This document shows positions 8,436 through 16,867 of a DNA stretch of 64,000 bases, piece by piece; within the stretch, counting starts at the first letter, position 1; every line of letters begins with the position of its first letter. Below the pieces are notes generated by a model. That model was not told the origin of the DNA. It saw only the letters and a program-made list of their open reading frames with translations, and searched no databases. Source of the stretch: a virus; IMG/VR virus record IMGVR_UViG_3300044904_000300, positions 32,001 through 96,000 of that record. One strand, given 5' to 3'. Position numbers and translations under genes: made by a program.

Positions 8436-8460
8436 CACTAAATACAAAAAGTGATACACT
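8432..8460 (+). promoter_or_regulatory. Overlapping sigma70 and late promoters of gp32
   Basis: TTGACA-17-TACACT with CTAAATA (8438-8444) inside the spacer. Confidence 0.75.
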
Positions 8461-8528
8461 TACTATGTTCACGGTGAGTTGTGATGTGACACGACAATAT
8501 ACCAATACAAAAATACGGAGAATAAGAC

Positions 8529-9509
8529 ATGCCAAGTAACTTTTCCTCACTGCGCTCTTCGCGCAAAACCCTCCTCGACAAACTCGCAGCAGAAGTCAAG
8601 AAAGAACAGGCCAAGGGCGGCTCAAATGATGAGCGCTTCTGGAAGCTCACCGTTGACGCCAAGACGAAGATTGGCTATGCCAAGTTGCGTTTTCTGCCGG
8701 CCCCAAAGGATGAAGACATCCCGTGGGCGCGAGTGTTCTCTCATGCGTTTACCGGTCCTTCGGGCTCTTGGTTCATCGAGAACTGCCTGACGACCCTCGC
8801 TCGTCCCTGCCCAGTCTGCAAGGATAACACCAAGCTCTGGAACAGCGGCGTCGAGGCTGAAAAGGAAGTGGTGCGGAAGCGCAAGCGGAAGCTCCAGTTC
8901 ATCAGCAACGTCCTCATCATCGAGGACTCTGCTCATCCCGAAAACAACGGCAAGGTATTCCTGTTCAAGTATGGTGCGAAGATCCATGCGAAGATCATGG
9001 AACTCATCGAGCCCGAATTCCCCGACCAGACGCCAGCGAACCCCTTCGACTTTTGGGGTGGATGCGATTTCAAGTTGAAGTCGCAGGCCGTTGCGGGCTA
9101 CCAGAACTACGACAAGTCTTCGTTTGATGCGCCCTCCGAGTTGTTCGCGGACGACGATGACAAGAAGGAAGAAATTTGGGCAGCGGAGAAGTCCCTGCTT
9201 GAGTTCACCGCGGAAGGTCAGTTCAAGAACTACGAGGAACTGGCTGACCGGTTTGCCAAAGTTGTTTCGGGTGACGACGGGGATGCTCCTCGCACCGCTG
9301 CGGAAGCTGTAGCCAAGTCTCAGCCGACGCTAGAGGACGCGCAGGAAGCCGCTGTGGAAGTGGAAAAGCGGGAACGCAAGCTCCCGCCGAAGTCCAAGCC
9401 AGTTGCCAAGAAGGCAGAACCGGTTGAGAAGTCTGAGTTGGACCCTGCTCCAGCGGGAGACGACGATGCCGATATTCGGGCGTTCTTCGCGGACATGAAG
9501 GATGACTAG
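8529..9509 (+). CDS. gp32: Single-stranded DNA-binding protein
   Basis: DERFWK, LRFLPAP, H.F.GP.G.WFIENCLTTL..PCPVC, KVFLFKYGAKI, YQNYDKS, acidic C-terminus. Confidence 0.97.
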   Translation: MPSNFSSLRSSRKTLLDKLAAEVKKEQAKGGSNDERFWKLTVDAKTKIGYAKLRFLPAPKDEDIPWARVFSHAFTGPSGSWFIENCLTTLARPCPVCKDNTKLWNSGVEAEKEVVRKRKRKLQFISNVLIIEDSAHPENNGKVFLFKYGAKIHAKIMELIEPEFPDQTPANPFDFWGGCDFKLKSQAVAGYQNYDKSSFDAPSELFADDDDKKEEIWAAEKSLLEFTAEGQFKNYEELADRFAKVVSGDDGDAPRTAAEAVAKSQPTLEDAQEAAVEVEKRERKLPPKSKPVAKKAEPVEKSELDPAPAGDDDADIRAFFADMKDD

Positions 9510-9550
9510 GTTGCGCGTTCCCTGAAAACGCGCTGGTGGAGGCGGAAACA

Positions 9551-9582
9551 AGAAGGCTGGGTCCTCGTGACTCAGCCTTTTT
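9551..9582. terminator. Intrinsic terminator, probably bidirectional
   Basis: AGAAGGCTGGGTC-CTCGT-GACTCAGCCTTTTT between the convergent gp32 and tail genes. Confidence 0.85.
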
Positions 9583-9808
9583 GTGCTTCAAAATGCTAAT
9601 GTTTTGGGGTGTCCCATTTTGAGACATGGAAAGCGAAGGAGAAGCGAAAGTCTCGCTAGGCTGGGTTTCTACAGCGTCTCGTCGGGAACGATACAGACAT
9701 CGTGGCCCCCGTCCTGAACCCCACCAAGGGACGCTGAACCCCTCGGTTTGGGTCAAAATGCTCCACTTCACCGACGGAAAAAGGACTAGACTTTTGCTAT
9801 TTCTTCGC

Positions 9809-11773
9809 TTAGGCCGCCGCGTTCACACCTTGCACAGTCTGAAGCGAAGCGTTCGGGTTGCGCGGATCAATACGCGGACCTTGCACCGTCGTTTGACTGT
9901 TGTTATTATTGTTGGTGATGTTGGTGACAACTGCACTTCCGCCGCCACCCGGCGCGGTACTTACCATTTGTGTCTGTGCTTGGAACGTGCCGGCCGCGCG
10001 AACTCCGCTGGGTTGGGGTCCGCCGGGCTGAGCACTATATGCCATATTATAATAGCTTGACGCTGACGTGCCATACGCATCTTGCCCGCCAAGACCCTGT
10101 TTTGCGACCCCGCTCGCGCCGATGAGGTGAGCCGCAGCCAAGTATCCCGCGATTTCCTTCGGGTCAGTATCAGGGCCGATGAGCTTTTTCTGTTCGAGTG
10201 TTTTCTTATTTCGCTCGGTGAGCGTTTTCATCGCGGCTTCTTGTCCAGCCCTATCGTTGAGGTAGTCTTCCAGTCCGCCCGGACGGGACCAAATGCTCGG
10301 GTCATGAATAGTCTCCACGCTCTGTTTGCGCTTTCTGGATATACCTGGTTTGACATAACCCGCATCTTCCAGGGCCGCCAATCCAAACTGATACTTCCCA
10401 ACATACCCAAGTGTATTGATAGCCCGATAGTCTCCACTACTCTCTCGTTGTCCTAGAGTTTCCGCAAACGAGTTGTAGTCAAATGCTCCTGTTCCGTTGA
10501 CCCTTTCAGGAGAAGTGGTTGGCGCCGGCGCGGGTGGGGCTTTCGTTACGGTTCTTGGCGCGGCCTTTCCCCACTTTCCGCCCTTACCCTGTTCGACCGC
10601 ATCCGGTGCGTTCGCTAACGCCTGCGCGGCCTTTGCGGTTTTTCCCGACTTGACCGCGTCGTCGTAGAGTTGATTACGGACGCGAAGTTCATTACCTCCA
10701 CGGTTGCGATCATTAATACCGCGGTTCTTGGCGCCCCGGAAGTCCGCACCGGTTTTGAATGCTTCTCCCCCGACAGCTTCAGCAGCAGCCGCATGGAACG
10801 CGGCGCCCAACGCAGCACCTCCCGCCAGGACCAACCCACCACCTTCTACAAACCAGTCCTTTGCGGTATCTACAAGACTCTCTATCCAGCCTTTATCCTC
10901 TTTCTTCTTGAGTAGGCCTTTCAGACCCCCTTGGCCCCCCTGTTCGCCAACCCGTTTAGCACCAAGTTCGTCTGTGCGTTCTTTCGCACGGTCCTCGGCC
11001 TGCTCGTCAGCGTTTTGCGCTTCTTGCGCGGCCGCCATCTTGGTGACTTGTGAGAGAATGCCCTTGTCTGTTTGAAGAATCGCGCTGAGAGTTTTTGTCG
11101 TTCCGGCTCCAGCGGCCGCGCCAGCACTTCCTGGCCTTCCGCCCCCAAAGTTGCCAAGCCGAGACGCGCTACCTTTACGACGCTGAGAACTATAGCTGCT
11201 TCCTCCTTCGTCCTCGGGGAGTGTGTCCTCTTGTAAATTGGCACGAGCTTCTAATTGTGCTTTCTTCCGTTCGGCTGCCTTTTCGCCAAAGCGAGCGTCT
11301 AGCGCCCGACCAATCCCGCGCTTGACGATGCTATCACTCCCTGTCAGGTTCTCGATGAAGTTCTGCTTGACGCTTTGCACCTTTTCGCGTGCGATGTTTT
11401 TGAGTGCGTGTGTTACATGCGTTTGGAACTGTGCGTGTTTCTGGCAGAAGCCCAGAAGAATCTTGAGACCATGCTCGACGCTGCTTTTGTCTTTTTTATC
11501 CATCGGCGCGTCTTTGAGATGCGCGATGGCCTCGCTGATGACCTTAGCAGTTTCGCGGAGTCCGTGCATGGACCCCATGCTGGCTTCCACCGCATCGATA
11601 TATGGTTGAATGAGAGACCTTGATGCTCGGCTGAACTGACCGAGAGCCGTCGAAAGCTCCGTAAACTCTCTATCGGGACCGGTCTTTCCGTGCGCCTCGG
11701 CCGCACCTCGGGCTTCACGGGCAGCTAAAAGAGGAGCATTTGTTCTCGGGTCCAAGTAATCTTTAACGGCCAT
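9809..11773 (-). CDS. Tape-measure-like (gp29-position) protein with a C-terminal lysozyme-like domain
   Basis: Helical, Ala/Lys-rich N-terminal two-thirds; ESSGDYRAINTLGYVGKYQFG lysozyme/transglycosylase-like motif; lies directly downstream of gp26/gp51. Confidence 0.65.
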   Translation of the reverse strand: MAVKDYLDPRTNAPLLAAREARGAAEAHGKTGPDREFTELSTALGQFSRASRSLIQPYIDAVEASMGSMHGLRETAKVISEAIAHLKDAPMDKKDKSSVEHGLKILLGFCQKHAQFQTHVTHALKNIAREKVQSVKQNFIENLTGSDSIVKRGIGRALDARFGEKAAERKKAQLEARANLQEDTLPEDEGGSSYSSQRRKGSASRLGNFGGGRPGSAGAAAGAGTTKTLSAILQTDKGILSQVTKMAAAQEAQNADEQAEDRAKERTDELGAKRVGEQGGQGGLKGLLKKKEDKGWIESLVDTAKDWFVEGGGLVLAGGAALGAAFHAAAAEAVGGEAFKTGADFRGAKNRGINDRNRGGNELRVRNQLYDDAVKSGKTAKAAQALANAPDAVEQGKGGKWGKAAPRTVTKAPPAPAPTTSPERVNGTGAFDYNSFAETLGQRESSGDYRAINTLGYVGKYQFGLAALEDAGYVKPGISRKRKQSVETIHDPSIWSRPGGLEDYLNDRAGQEAAMKTLTERNKKTLEQKKLIGPDTDPKEIAGYLAAAHLIGASGVAKQGLGGQDAYGTSASSYYNMAYSAQPGGPQPSGVRAAGTFQAQTQMVSTAPGGGGSAVVTNITNNNNNSQTTVQGPRIDPRNPNASLQTVQGVNAAA

Positions 11774-11924
11774 GTGCGCGTCTCATTTCTTCTTCTTTGT
11801 GACGTATCCGTTCTTCTTCCATCCACTGCCGCAGAAGTAGGACATACAGGTCCTTCTCAAACGGAATCATGTTCTCCAGTTCTGTCAAGTTCCATCCATG
11901 ATGTTTCATCAACGCAAAGTTCAT
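11763..11924 (-). CDS. gp51: Baseplate hub assembly catalyst (53 aa from ATG; frame is open upstream through the end of gp26)
   Basis: MNFALMKHHGWNLTELENMIPFEKDLYVLLLRQWMEEE matches the short gp51 of cyanophage-type genomes. Not in the ORF track. Confidence 0.85.
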   Translation of the reverse strand: MNFALMKHHGWNLTELENMIPFEKDLYVLLLRQWMEEERIRHKEEEMRRAHGR

Positions 11925-11940
11925 TCTGTAGTAGTTCGAG

Positions 11941-11972
11941 AGCGTGTCGTGATGACACGCTAGACGAAAAAA
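11941..11972 (-). promoter_or_regulatory. Putative -1 programmed ribosomal frameshift signal (gp26 into gp51)
   Basis: Minus strand GAT TTT TTC (T TTT TTC heptamer, 11972-11966), 4-nt spacer, perfect hairpin AGCGTGTC-ATCAC-GACACGCT. Confidence 0.75.
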
Positions 11973-12706
11973 TCCATGATCCCTGAGAGTGTGATGTCCT
12001 CAGTATAGTCGCACTTGGTGCACTTGAACTGGAACGTATGCTCCAGTCGGGGCATCGTATCAAAGAACACCCGGAACTTGTTGGCTTGCACCACGGGGAG
12101 CGACTCGACAAATGTTCGTAGTTCCTCGGGGGTGCTATCTTTCGCTTCATGCACTTCGCCCGTCGTTTCAAAAATGCTCTCGATGCAGTTGGCGATGAGC
12201 GCCACGCTGTCTACTTCCGGGTTCGTATTGTCAAACACGTTGATGTATTTTGACGTGGGGTAACGCATGACGCATCCAAAGATGTCCGTGAGCATGACCT
12301 TCTTGGTGTGCCCTTTTGGCACAACCAGTTTGATGTCGTCCAGGTTGATCTTGATGACCTCGATGTTATGACAGAGCCCATCAACTGTCGTGTCGAGTGG
12401 AAGCGATACCGGTTTGTTCTTGCATTCGTAACGGAGTTCCACGAGGTTGTTCACAGACTTGGCGCGGAGATTGAGGAACAAAAATTCCAAGTCAAACGTT
12501 GGGAGTGTATCCGCGTTGATCGCATCAAAGGTGCAGTTCTGCACGATCTGTTTGACCGCTCGGTCGATTTCAGTTTCGTCCTTGCCTTCCTGGGCCATCA
12601 GCAGAATCTTCTCTTCTTTGACAAGATACGGGCGATACTTCACGGGGCGAGAAATACTATGAAGTTTGATTTCGTATGTCGGAGTCACGATAGTTGGAAT
12701 ACTCAT
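11960..12706 (-). CDS. gp26: Baseplate hub subunit / chaperone
   Basis: MSIPTIVTPTYEIKL..VKYRPYLVKEEKILLMA, FDLEFLFLNLRAKSV, FFDTMPRL, TLSGIMDFF. Confidence 0.93.
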   Translation of the reverse strand: MSIPTIVTPTYEIKLHSISRPVKYRPYLVKEEKILLMAQEGKDETEIDRAVKQIVQNCTFDAINADTLPTFDLEFLFLNLRAKSVNNLVELRYECKNKPVSLPLDTTVDGLCHNIEVIKINLDDIKLVVPKGHTKKVMLTDIFGCVMRYPTSKYINVFDNTNPEVDSVALIANCIESIFETTGEVHEAKDSTPEELRTFVESLPVVQANKFRVFFDTMPRLEHTFQFKCTKCDYTEDITLSGIMDFFV

Positions 12707-12713
12707 GTCTCAC

Positions 12714-13598
12714 TTATCCTCTTATAGTTGGCGCAATAGTCAACGGAATTAATGTCATTTCTCCGGGCGTGCCCCGCGAACTTGTTGTTGATGATGCAAT
12801 AACATGGTCACCCTGCTGTGCTACCGAAGTAATTTCACCAGGAGGCGGACCCGGTGCCTCTCTTACTGCAGTAATTGGTGTTGCACTAGGAACCCCCTGC
12901 GCGGGTCCCTCCTCGGGAAGAACGATACTTGACCCACCCGGAATCCCTGTTGTCTCACTCGGTGTGAATACGTCCAGCCCTGATGGGGGTGTGTTTGGGA
13001 AGAAGTCTTTTGGAACTTGCCAGACCGACCATGCGCTGAACGTGAAGGTTACGGGAAGTTTGGTCACCTCACTCTCGGTGCTCCACGATACTGCGACTGC
13101 ATCGACCAGTTTGGGATATGCTCGTTCGAATTGGTACCCGATGGTAGGGTTGTTCTGTCGGTCAAACACTGCGAGATAGATTTCCCCATAGTATCCTTTG
13201 GGGTCGGAAGACCCACCGGACCCCGCAAATGTGAAGTCCCGCGATGAATTGTACCCCGCGGTCATGTCCTGTATGAGGTTCTGCCACGCATGAAATACTC
13301 GCTGGATGGGGTTGTCGCCCCCGTTGAGCGGAGTGTTGAACGTGCAATTGAGCGCGGTGAATTCTGTATGATAGGGGAACTGCTCCGTCAACCCATACTG
13401 TGTGAGTTCTGTTTCGGCGAATGATCTATCGGGAAGAGATGTTGATTCACATGCAATACCCCGCGCAAGCCAATTCTTGGCGACGAGCATAGGCCCGGTA
13501 AGCGCCAACGCTCGGGGAACGATTACCTTGCACGCGAACCGATTGCTCTGTTGGAACCCGAGGTTGAATTCGTTGAAGAATTGACTGAGTTGCTGCAT
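12714..13598 (-). CDS. gp54: Tail-tube-like baseplate tube initiator
   Basis: NRF, CESTSLP, QFPY, F..WQ..I, YPK.V....SW, VTKLPVTF tube-fold motifs; Pro/Thr-rich C-terminal extension. Confidence 0.75.
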   Translation of the reverse strand: MQQLSQFFNEFNLGFQQSNRFACKVIVPRALALTGPMLVAKNWLARGIACESTSLPDRSFAETELTQYGLTEQFPYHTEFTALNCTFNTPLNGGDNPIQRVFHAWQNLIQDMTAGYNSSRDFTFAGSGGSSDPKGYYGEIYLAVFDRQNNPTIGYQFERAYPKLVDAVAVSWSTESEVTKLPVTFTFSAWSVWQVPKDFFPNTPPSGLDVFTPSETTGIPGGSSIVLPEEGPAQGVPSATPITAVREAPGPPPGEITSVAQQGDHVIASSTTSSRGTPGEMTLIPLTIAPTIRG

Positions 13599-14218
13599 TA
13601 GAATTTTTGCTCCGATTCTTTCCAGATGGTGCTTCTACTTTCCTTCGCAAATAGTTCCACCGGGAGCCAGAGTGCGATGTCCCATTCCGACTCTCCGACC
13701 TGAAGCATCGGGGACCGCAGGTTCTTGAAGAGATAGCGACGGTAACAAGGACGGAACTGCTCATACTTAGGGCTGGTCGCCAACCAATCATACTTGAATT
13801 TCATGCTGACTTTGAGCGGGTCTTTGCTTTTTTGCCGGCGCTCATAGAGGTTATCGAACAACCAGGCCCGCCAGTAGTAGCTCAGATAGTGAAAATTGAG
13901 CCCCGTGAAAGACTCTTGGTCTCGGTCAATCACGAGGACGAATGGAAACCGGTCATAGAATGGGAGTGTGTCTTTTCCCGACGGTTCATACAGGAAAAAA
14001 TAACAGAACCCCGGCAAGGTTCGTGAAGGTGAAACGACGCGCTTGGAGATGGGCTGTTGCTGGAGGTCGGAGAACTTTGGTTTGCCGAGCGAACGCTGCC
14101 AAGCCATTAGGTCCGTATAGAACGTCTTGAACCAGAACATCGCTCGCTTCTCCATCGGGAGCATCGCGTCGTTCTTCTCGATCTTTGCCCGGAGCGTCTG
14201 AAAGATGTTGACTGCCAT
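13598..14218 (-). CDS. gp2: DNA end protector protein
   Basis: YFFLYEP..KDTLPFYDRFP.V, GLNFHYL, C..RYL, W.IAL.LP.E.F. Confidence 0.9.
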   Translation of the reverse strand: MAVNIFQTLRAKIEKNDAMLPMEKRAMFWFKTFYTDLMAWQRSLGKPKFSDLQQQPISKRVVSPSRTLPGFCYFFLYEPSGKDTLPFYDRFPFVLVIDRDQESFTGLNFHYLSYYWRAWLFDNLYERRQKSKDPLKVSMKFKYDWLATSPKYEQFRPCYRRYLFKNLRSPMLQVGESEWDIALWLPVELFAKESRSTIWKESEQKF

Positions 14219-15153
14219 TACTTGATTGTTCCAAAAATTTCGCGTTCGGTTAAAATAACAAATTGGGCTCCATGAAGTTTACACCATTCCTCCGCTGCTT
14301 GAAATTTAGCAGAATTAATAGCAAAGGTAACTGTTTCATTAATATGTCGTTTATGCTGTCGGTTTGTCTTGGGCGCCGCCGGCGGTTTACACTGTTTTTC
14401 GGGTTTAACTTCGATGAGAAATGTCTTATTACTTCCATCTTTGGCCGCAACACGGATAAGAAAATCGGGAAAATAGGTATGCTGCTTCAAGTCGTCTGGG
14501 CGAATATAAGGGATGCGTATTTCTTCGCTAGACCAATTAACAATACCTGTGGTGTTGTCAAAATACCGCATCATACGAAATTCCCACCCCGACCGATAAA
14601 CAATATTTGTAGAATCTCCTACATATTTTTGCGGATTGGTAGGATGAAATTTCCCCTGATTAAACTGTGGCAATGTGATATCTCCATTAGCAAATGCGGA
14701 CAACCGAGTGTCGCTCATTTTCTGTCGTGTTTCGTCGGTATGGTGTTGACTCCGCCAATTCGAACCATGTAGCGTAATATACTCCTTTGCTTGTTTTGAT
14801 TTATTTTGACAAGCCCTTACAGGATATGGTCGTTTATTTTTAGAGCCTTTTGGGCGACCATTTTTGTTTCTGCACTTTACAGTGAATATTGGAGCCCATG
14901 CGGCCTTACGTTCGTCATTCCATCCTGCTTTTGCTCGTTCACTCGCGCAGACATATGCGTGTTTTCGACAGTGAACCGTGTAGCCGTTAGTTAAATCTAC
15001 ATAGCGAGTTGGTTCTTGGCAGATAAGGCATTTCCCCGAGGTTCCCATTGATAAGTAAATATCATAGTAACTCTGTGAGGTGTGTTTGTGACTACGAACG
15101 TGTTGAGCTAATGCGCGCACCGGCATATCATTATGGCATATTTGGCATATCAT
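14218..15153 (-). CDS. gp4: Head-completion nuclease gp4 fused to N-terminal zinc-finger and NUMOD3-like DNA-binding modules
   Basis: C-terminal QGKFHPTNPQKYVGDSTNIVYRSGWE...WSSEEI.IPY...YFPDF...IEVKP. N-terminal CQIC..H...H, CLIC...C..H and HHTDETRQKMS motifs. SD GGAGG precedes ATG 15153. Confidence 0.88.
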   Translation of the reverse strand: MICQICHNDMPVRALAQHVRSHKHTSQSYYDIYLSMGTSGKCLICQEPTRYVDLTNGYTVHCRKHAYVCASERAKAGWNDERKAAWAPIFTVKCRNKNGRPKGSKNKRPYPVRACQNKSKQAKEYITLHGSNWRSQHHTDETRQKMSDTRLSAFANGDITLPQFNQGKFHPTNPQKYVGDSTNIVYRSGWEFRMMRYFDNTTGIVNWSSEEIRIPYIRPDDLKQHTYFPDFLIRVAAKDGSNKTFLIEVKPEKQCKPPAAPKTNRQHKRHINETVTFAINSAKFQAAEEWCKLHGAQFVILTEREIFGTIK

Positions 15154-15238
15154 TAGATAGCAACCTCCACCAGTATTTAGCATCCCCTACATACTTCTGA
15201 GGGCGCTCCGGGTGATAGATTCCCTGATGATACTGCAT
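15131..15238 (-). pseudogene. Stub of the original gp4 5' end (35-codon ORF; first 19-20 codons homologous)
   Basis: MQYHQGIYHPERPQKYVGDA aligns with QFNQGKFHPTNPQKYVGDS in the fusion gene; it has its own late promoter. Confidence 0.8.
15174..15180 (-). promoter_or_regulatory. Late promoter CTAAATA for the gp4 fusion
   Basis: GCTAAATA-CTGGT-GGAGG on the minus strand, at the stub/insert junction. Confidence 0.7.
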
Positions 15239-15243
15239 GAGGC

Positions 15244-15250
15244 TATTTAG
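15244..15250 (-). promoter_or_regulatory. Late promoter CTAAATA (original gp4 promoter)
   Basis: 5 nt upstream of the stub ATG; divergent from the 15305 promoter. Confidence 0.7.
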
Positions 15251-15304
15251 GCGATGAAAACAACACAATACGAAAGTGCGGGGGCGACCGCTTCCGCTTG
15301 CTCT

Positions 15305-15311
15305 CTAAATA
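15305..15311 (+). promoter_or_regulatory. Late promoter CTAAATA for gp48
   Basis: Followed by GAGG and ATG 15332. Confidence 0.7.
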
Positions 15312-15331
15312 CTTACAGAGGTTAGACCTAC

Positions 15332-16336
15332 ATGGCGCAAGTTCTCACATACCCAGAAAACGTGTCCAAGTTCAACAAGTGGCTTCGCTTTGATGCGCGG
15401 AAAGGCCGCCATGTTGGGCGGGGCGTGATGGTCAACGAGGCGGGACAGACGGATAGTGTGGTCATGTGCGCTGCGATGTATCTTCCCACCAGCGCGTTGA
15501 AATCCTCGATGACCGTCAACTACGACACAACCGAGTTCTCGGGGATGATGATGGAACAAGCCGCGCAAGCCGCGACGGAAGCTGCGAATATGAAATTGGG
15601 AGAGAACGGACTGGATTCTATTGGTAACGCCGCAGAAGCAGTTTTGGGCACCGCGATGAAGCTGGCAGGCAGCCTTGGCGCGGAGAGTATTGGAGAATGG
15701 CTCAAAAAATACACCGCAAAAAAGGCGGTTGACAAATTCGGAACGCAGATTGAAGCGATGGTGGGACAGAAGGTCAACCCCCGCACGGACATCATCTTCA
15801 GCGCCCAGGATTACCGTAAGTGGAGTTTTGAATACATCCTCATCCCCCGCACGATCACCGAAGCACGAAACATCGAACAGATTGTCAACATGTTCCGGTT
15901 CTACATGCTCCCGGTCTATCGTAGTGCGGATACAAAACTTGGTGCATCGGGCGCATACATGATGGGTTATCCATATGAGTGGACCATCACCGCGCATGGG
16001 GCGGGCTCCGGGCAAGACAAAACAGGAACAGATTCATACGGGACCTTTGACTACGGAACAGACACGAATGATGCGCGGGGCAACTTGGGCAACCCCCTCA
16101 ATACTGGAGATATCAACTTGAAAGTCAACAAGATTGGTCGGTCGGTGCTTACCAATTTGTCCGTTGACCAAGCTGGTGGCGGAAAAGTCGCGTTTGTCGG
16201 AGAGGGTGGACAGAACGAACTATTTCCGTTGGTCACGCAGATGTCGCTCGAATTCCAAGAAGTCGTCCTCTTGGGACGAGACAATACGGATATTCTCGGT
16301 GGGATGCCGGCCGGCGGAGACCCAAGAAACGCATAG
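15332..16336 (+). CDS. gp48: Baseplate tail-tube cap
   Basis: MYLP, VNPR..IIFS...R.WSF.Y.LIPR...EA..I..IV..FR.YMLP, YP.EW.I, L.FQE. Confidence 0.85.
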   Translation: MAQVLTYPENVSKFNKWLRFDARKGRHVGRGVMVNEAGQTDSVVMCAAMYLPTSALKSSMTVNYDTTEFSGMMMEQAAQAATEAANMKLGENGLDSIGNAAEAVLGTAMKLAGSLGAESIGEWLKKYTAKKAVDKFGTQIEAMVGQKVNPRTDIIFSAQDYRKWSFEYILIPRTITEARNIEQIVNMFRFYMLPVYRSADTKLGASGAYMMGYPYEWTITAHGAGSGQDKTGTDSYGTFDYGTDTNDARGNLGNPLNTGDINLKVNKIGRSVLTNLSVDQAGGGKVAFVGEGGQNELFPLVTQMSLEFQEVVLLGRDNTDILGGMPAGGDPRNA

Positions 16337-16339
16337 TCT

Positions 16340-16867
16340 ATGAACTACTTCGAATACTTTCCAGTTATCTCGTATACCTTCGCCGAGGGCAACACCTCGT
16401 GGTCGCTGAACATCACAGATATCACTCGTCATGTGACGATTATCGAAGCGGTCAAGGCCAAGATTTCCGTGTTCTATCCTTATGTGGTGCAGGACGGCGA
16501 ACGCCCGGATACCGTGGCCACCAAGGTCTATGGTGGCCCGGAATACACCTGGATCGTGCTCGTCACCAATAACATTCTCAACCTCTATGACTGGCCTTTG
16601 ACCGAAGAAGAGATGGGGCGCTACATCATCGACAAGTATGGGTCCCAGGCCAACGCGGTCGCAACGAAAAACAACTTCTATCTCACGACGCTGGGTGACT
16701 ATGTGGATTTTGTTACTTACTATGCGCTTCCGCCCGCAGAGCAGGGAGAGATCCGCACTGCATATGAGGACGAGATACAGAAGAACGAAACCAAGCGTCG
16801 TATCCGGGTCATTCCCGCCGCCTTTGTCGGGTCACTGCAATCGGAACTTGAGCGAGTATTCATCTAA
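16340..16867 (+). CDS. gp53: Baseplate wedge subunit
   Basis: MNYFEYFP.ISY, Y.VQDGERPDTVA.KVYG..EY.WIVL.TNNI.N...DWPL, KRRIRVI. Confidence 0.93.
   Translation: MNYFEYFPVISYTFAEGNTSWSLNITDITRHVTIIEAVKAKISVFYPYVVQDGERPDTVATKVYGGPEYTWIVLVTNNILNLYDWPLTEEEMGRYIIDKYGSQANAVATKNNFYLTTLGDYVDFVTYYALPPAEQGEIRTAYEDEIQKNETKRRIRVIPAAFVGSLQSELERVFI

Noticed and set aside
14670-15180. Self-splicing intron in gp4
   Set aside because: The gp4 N-terminal sequence is duplicated rather than bisected and the insert is one continuous ORF; no intron core was recognised, although this was not formally excluded.
15268-15297. Hairpin GCGGGGGCG-AC-CGCTTCCGC between the divergent late promoters
   Set aside because: A single short stem with wobble pairs outside both predicted transcripts; no evidence of function.
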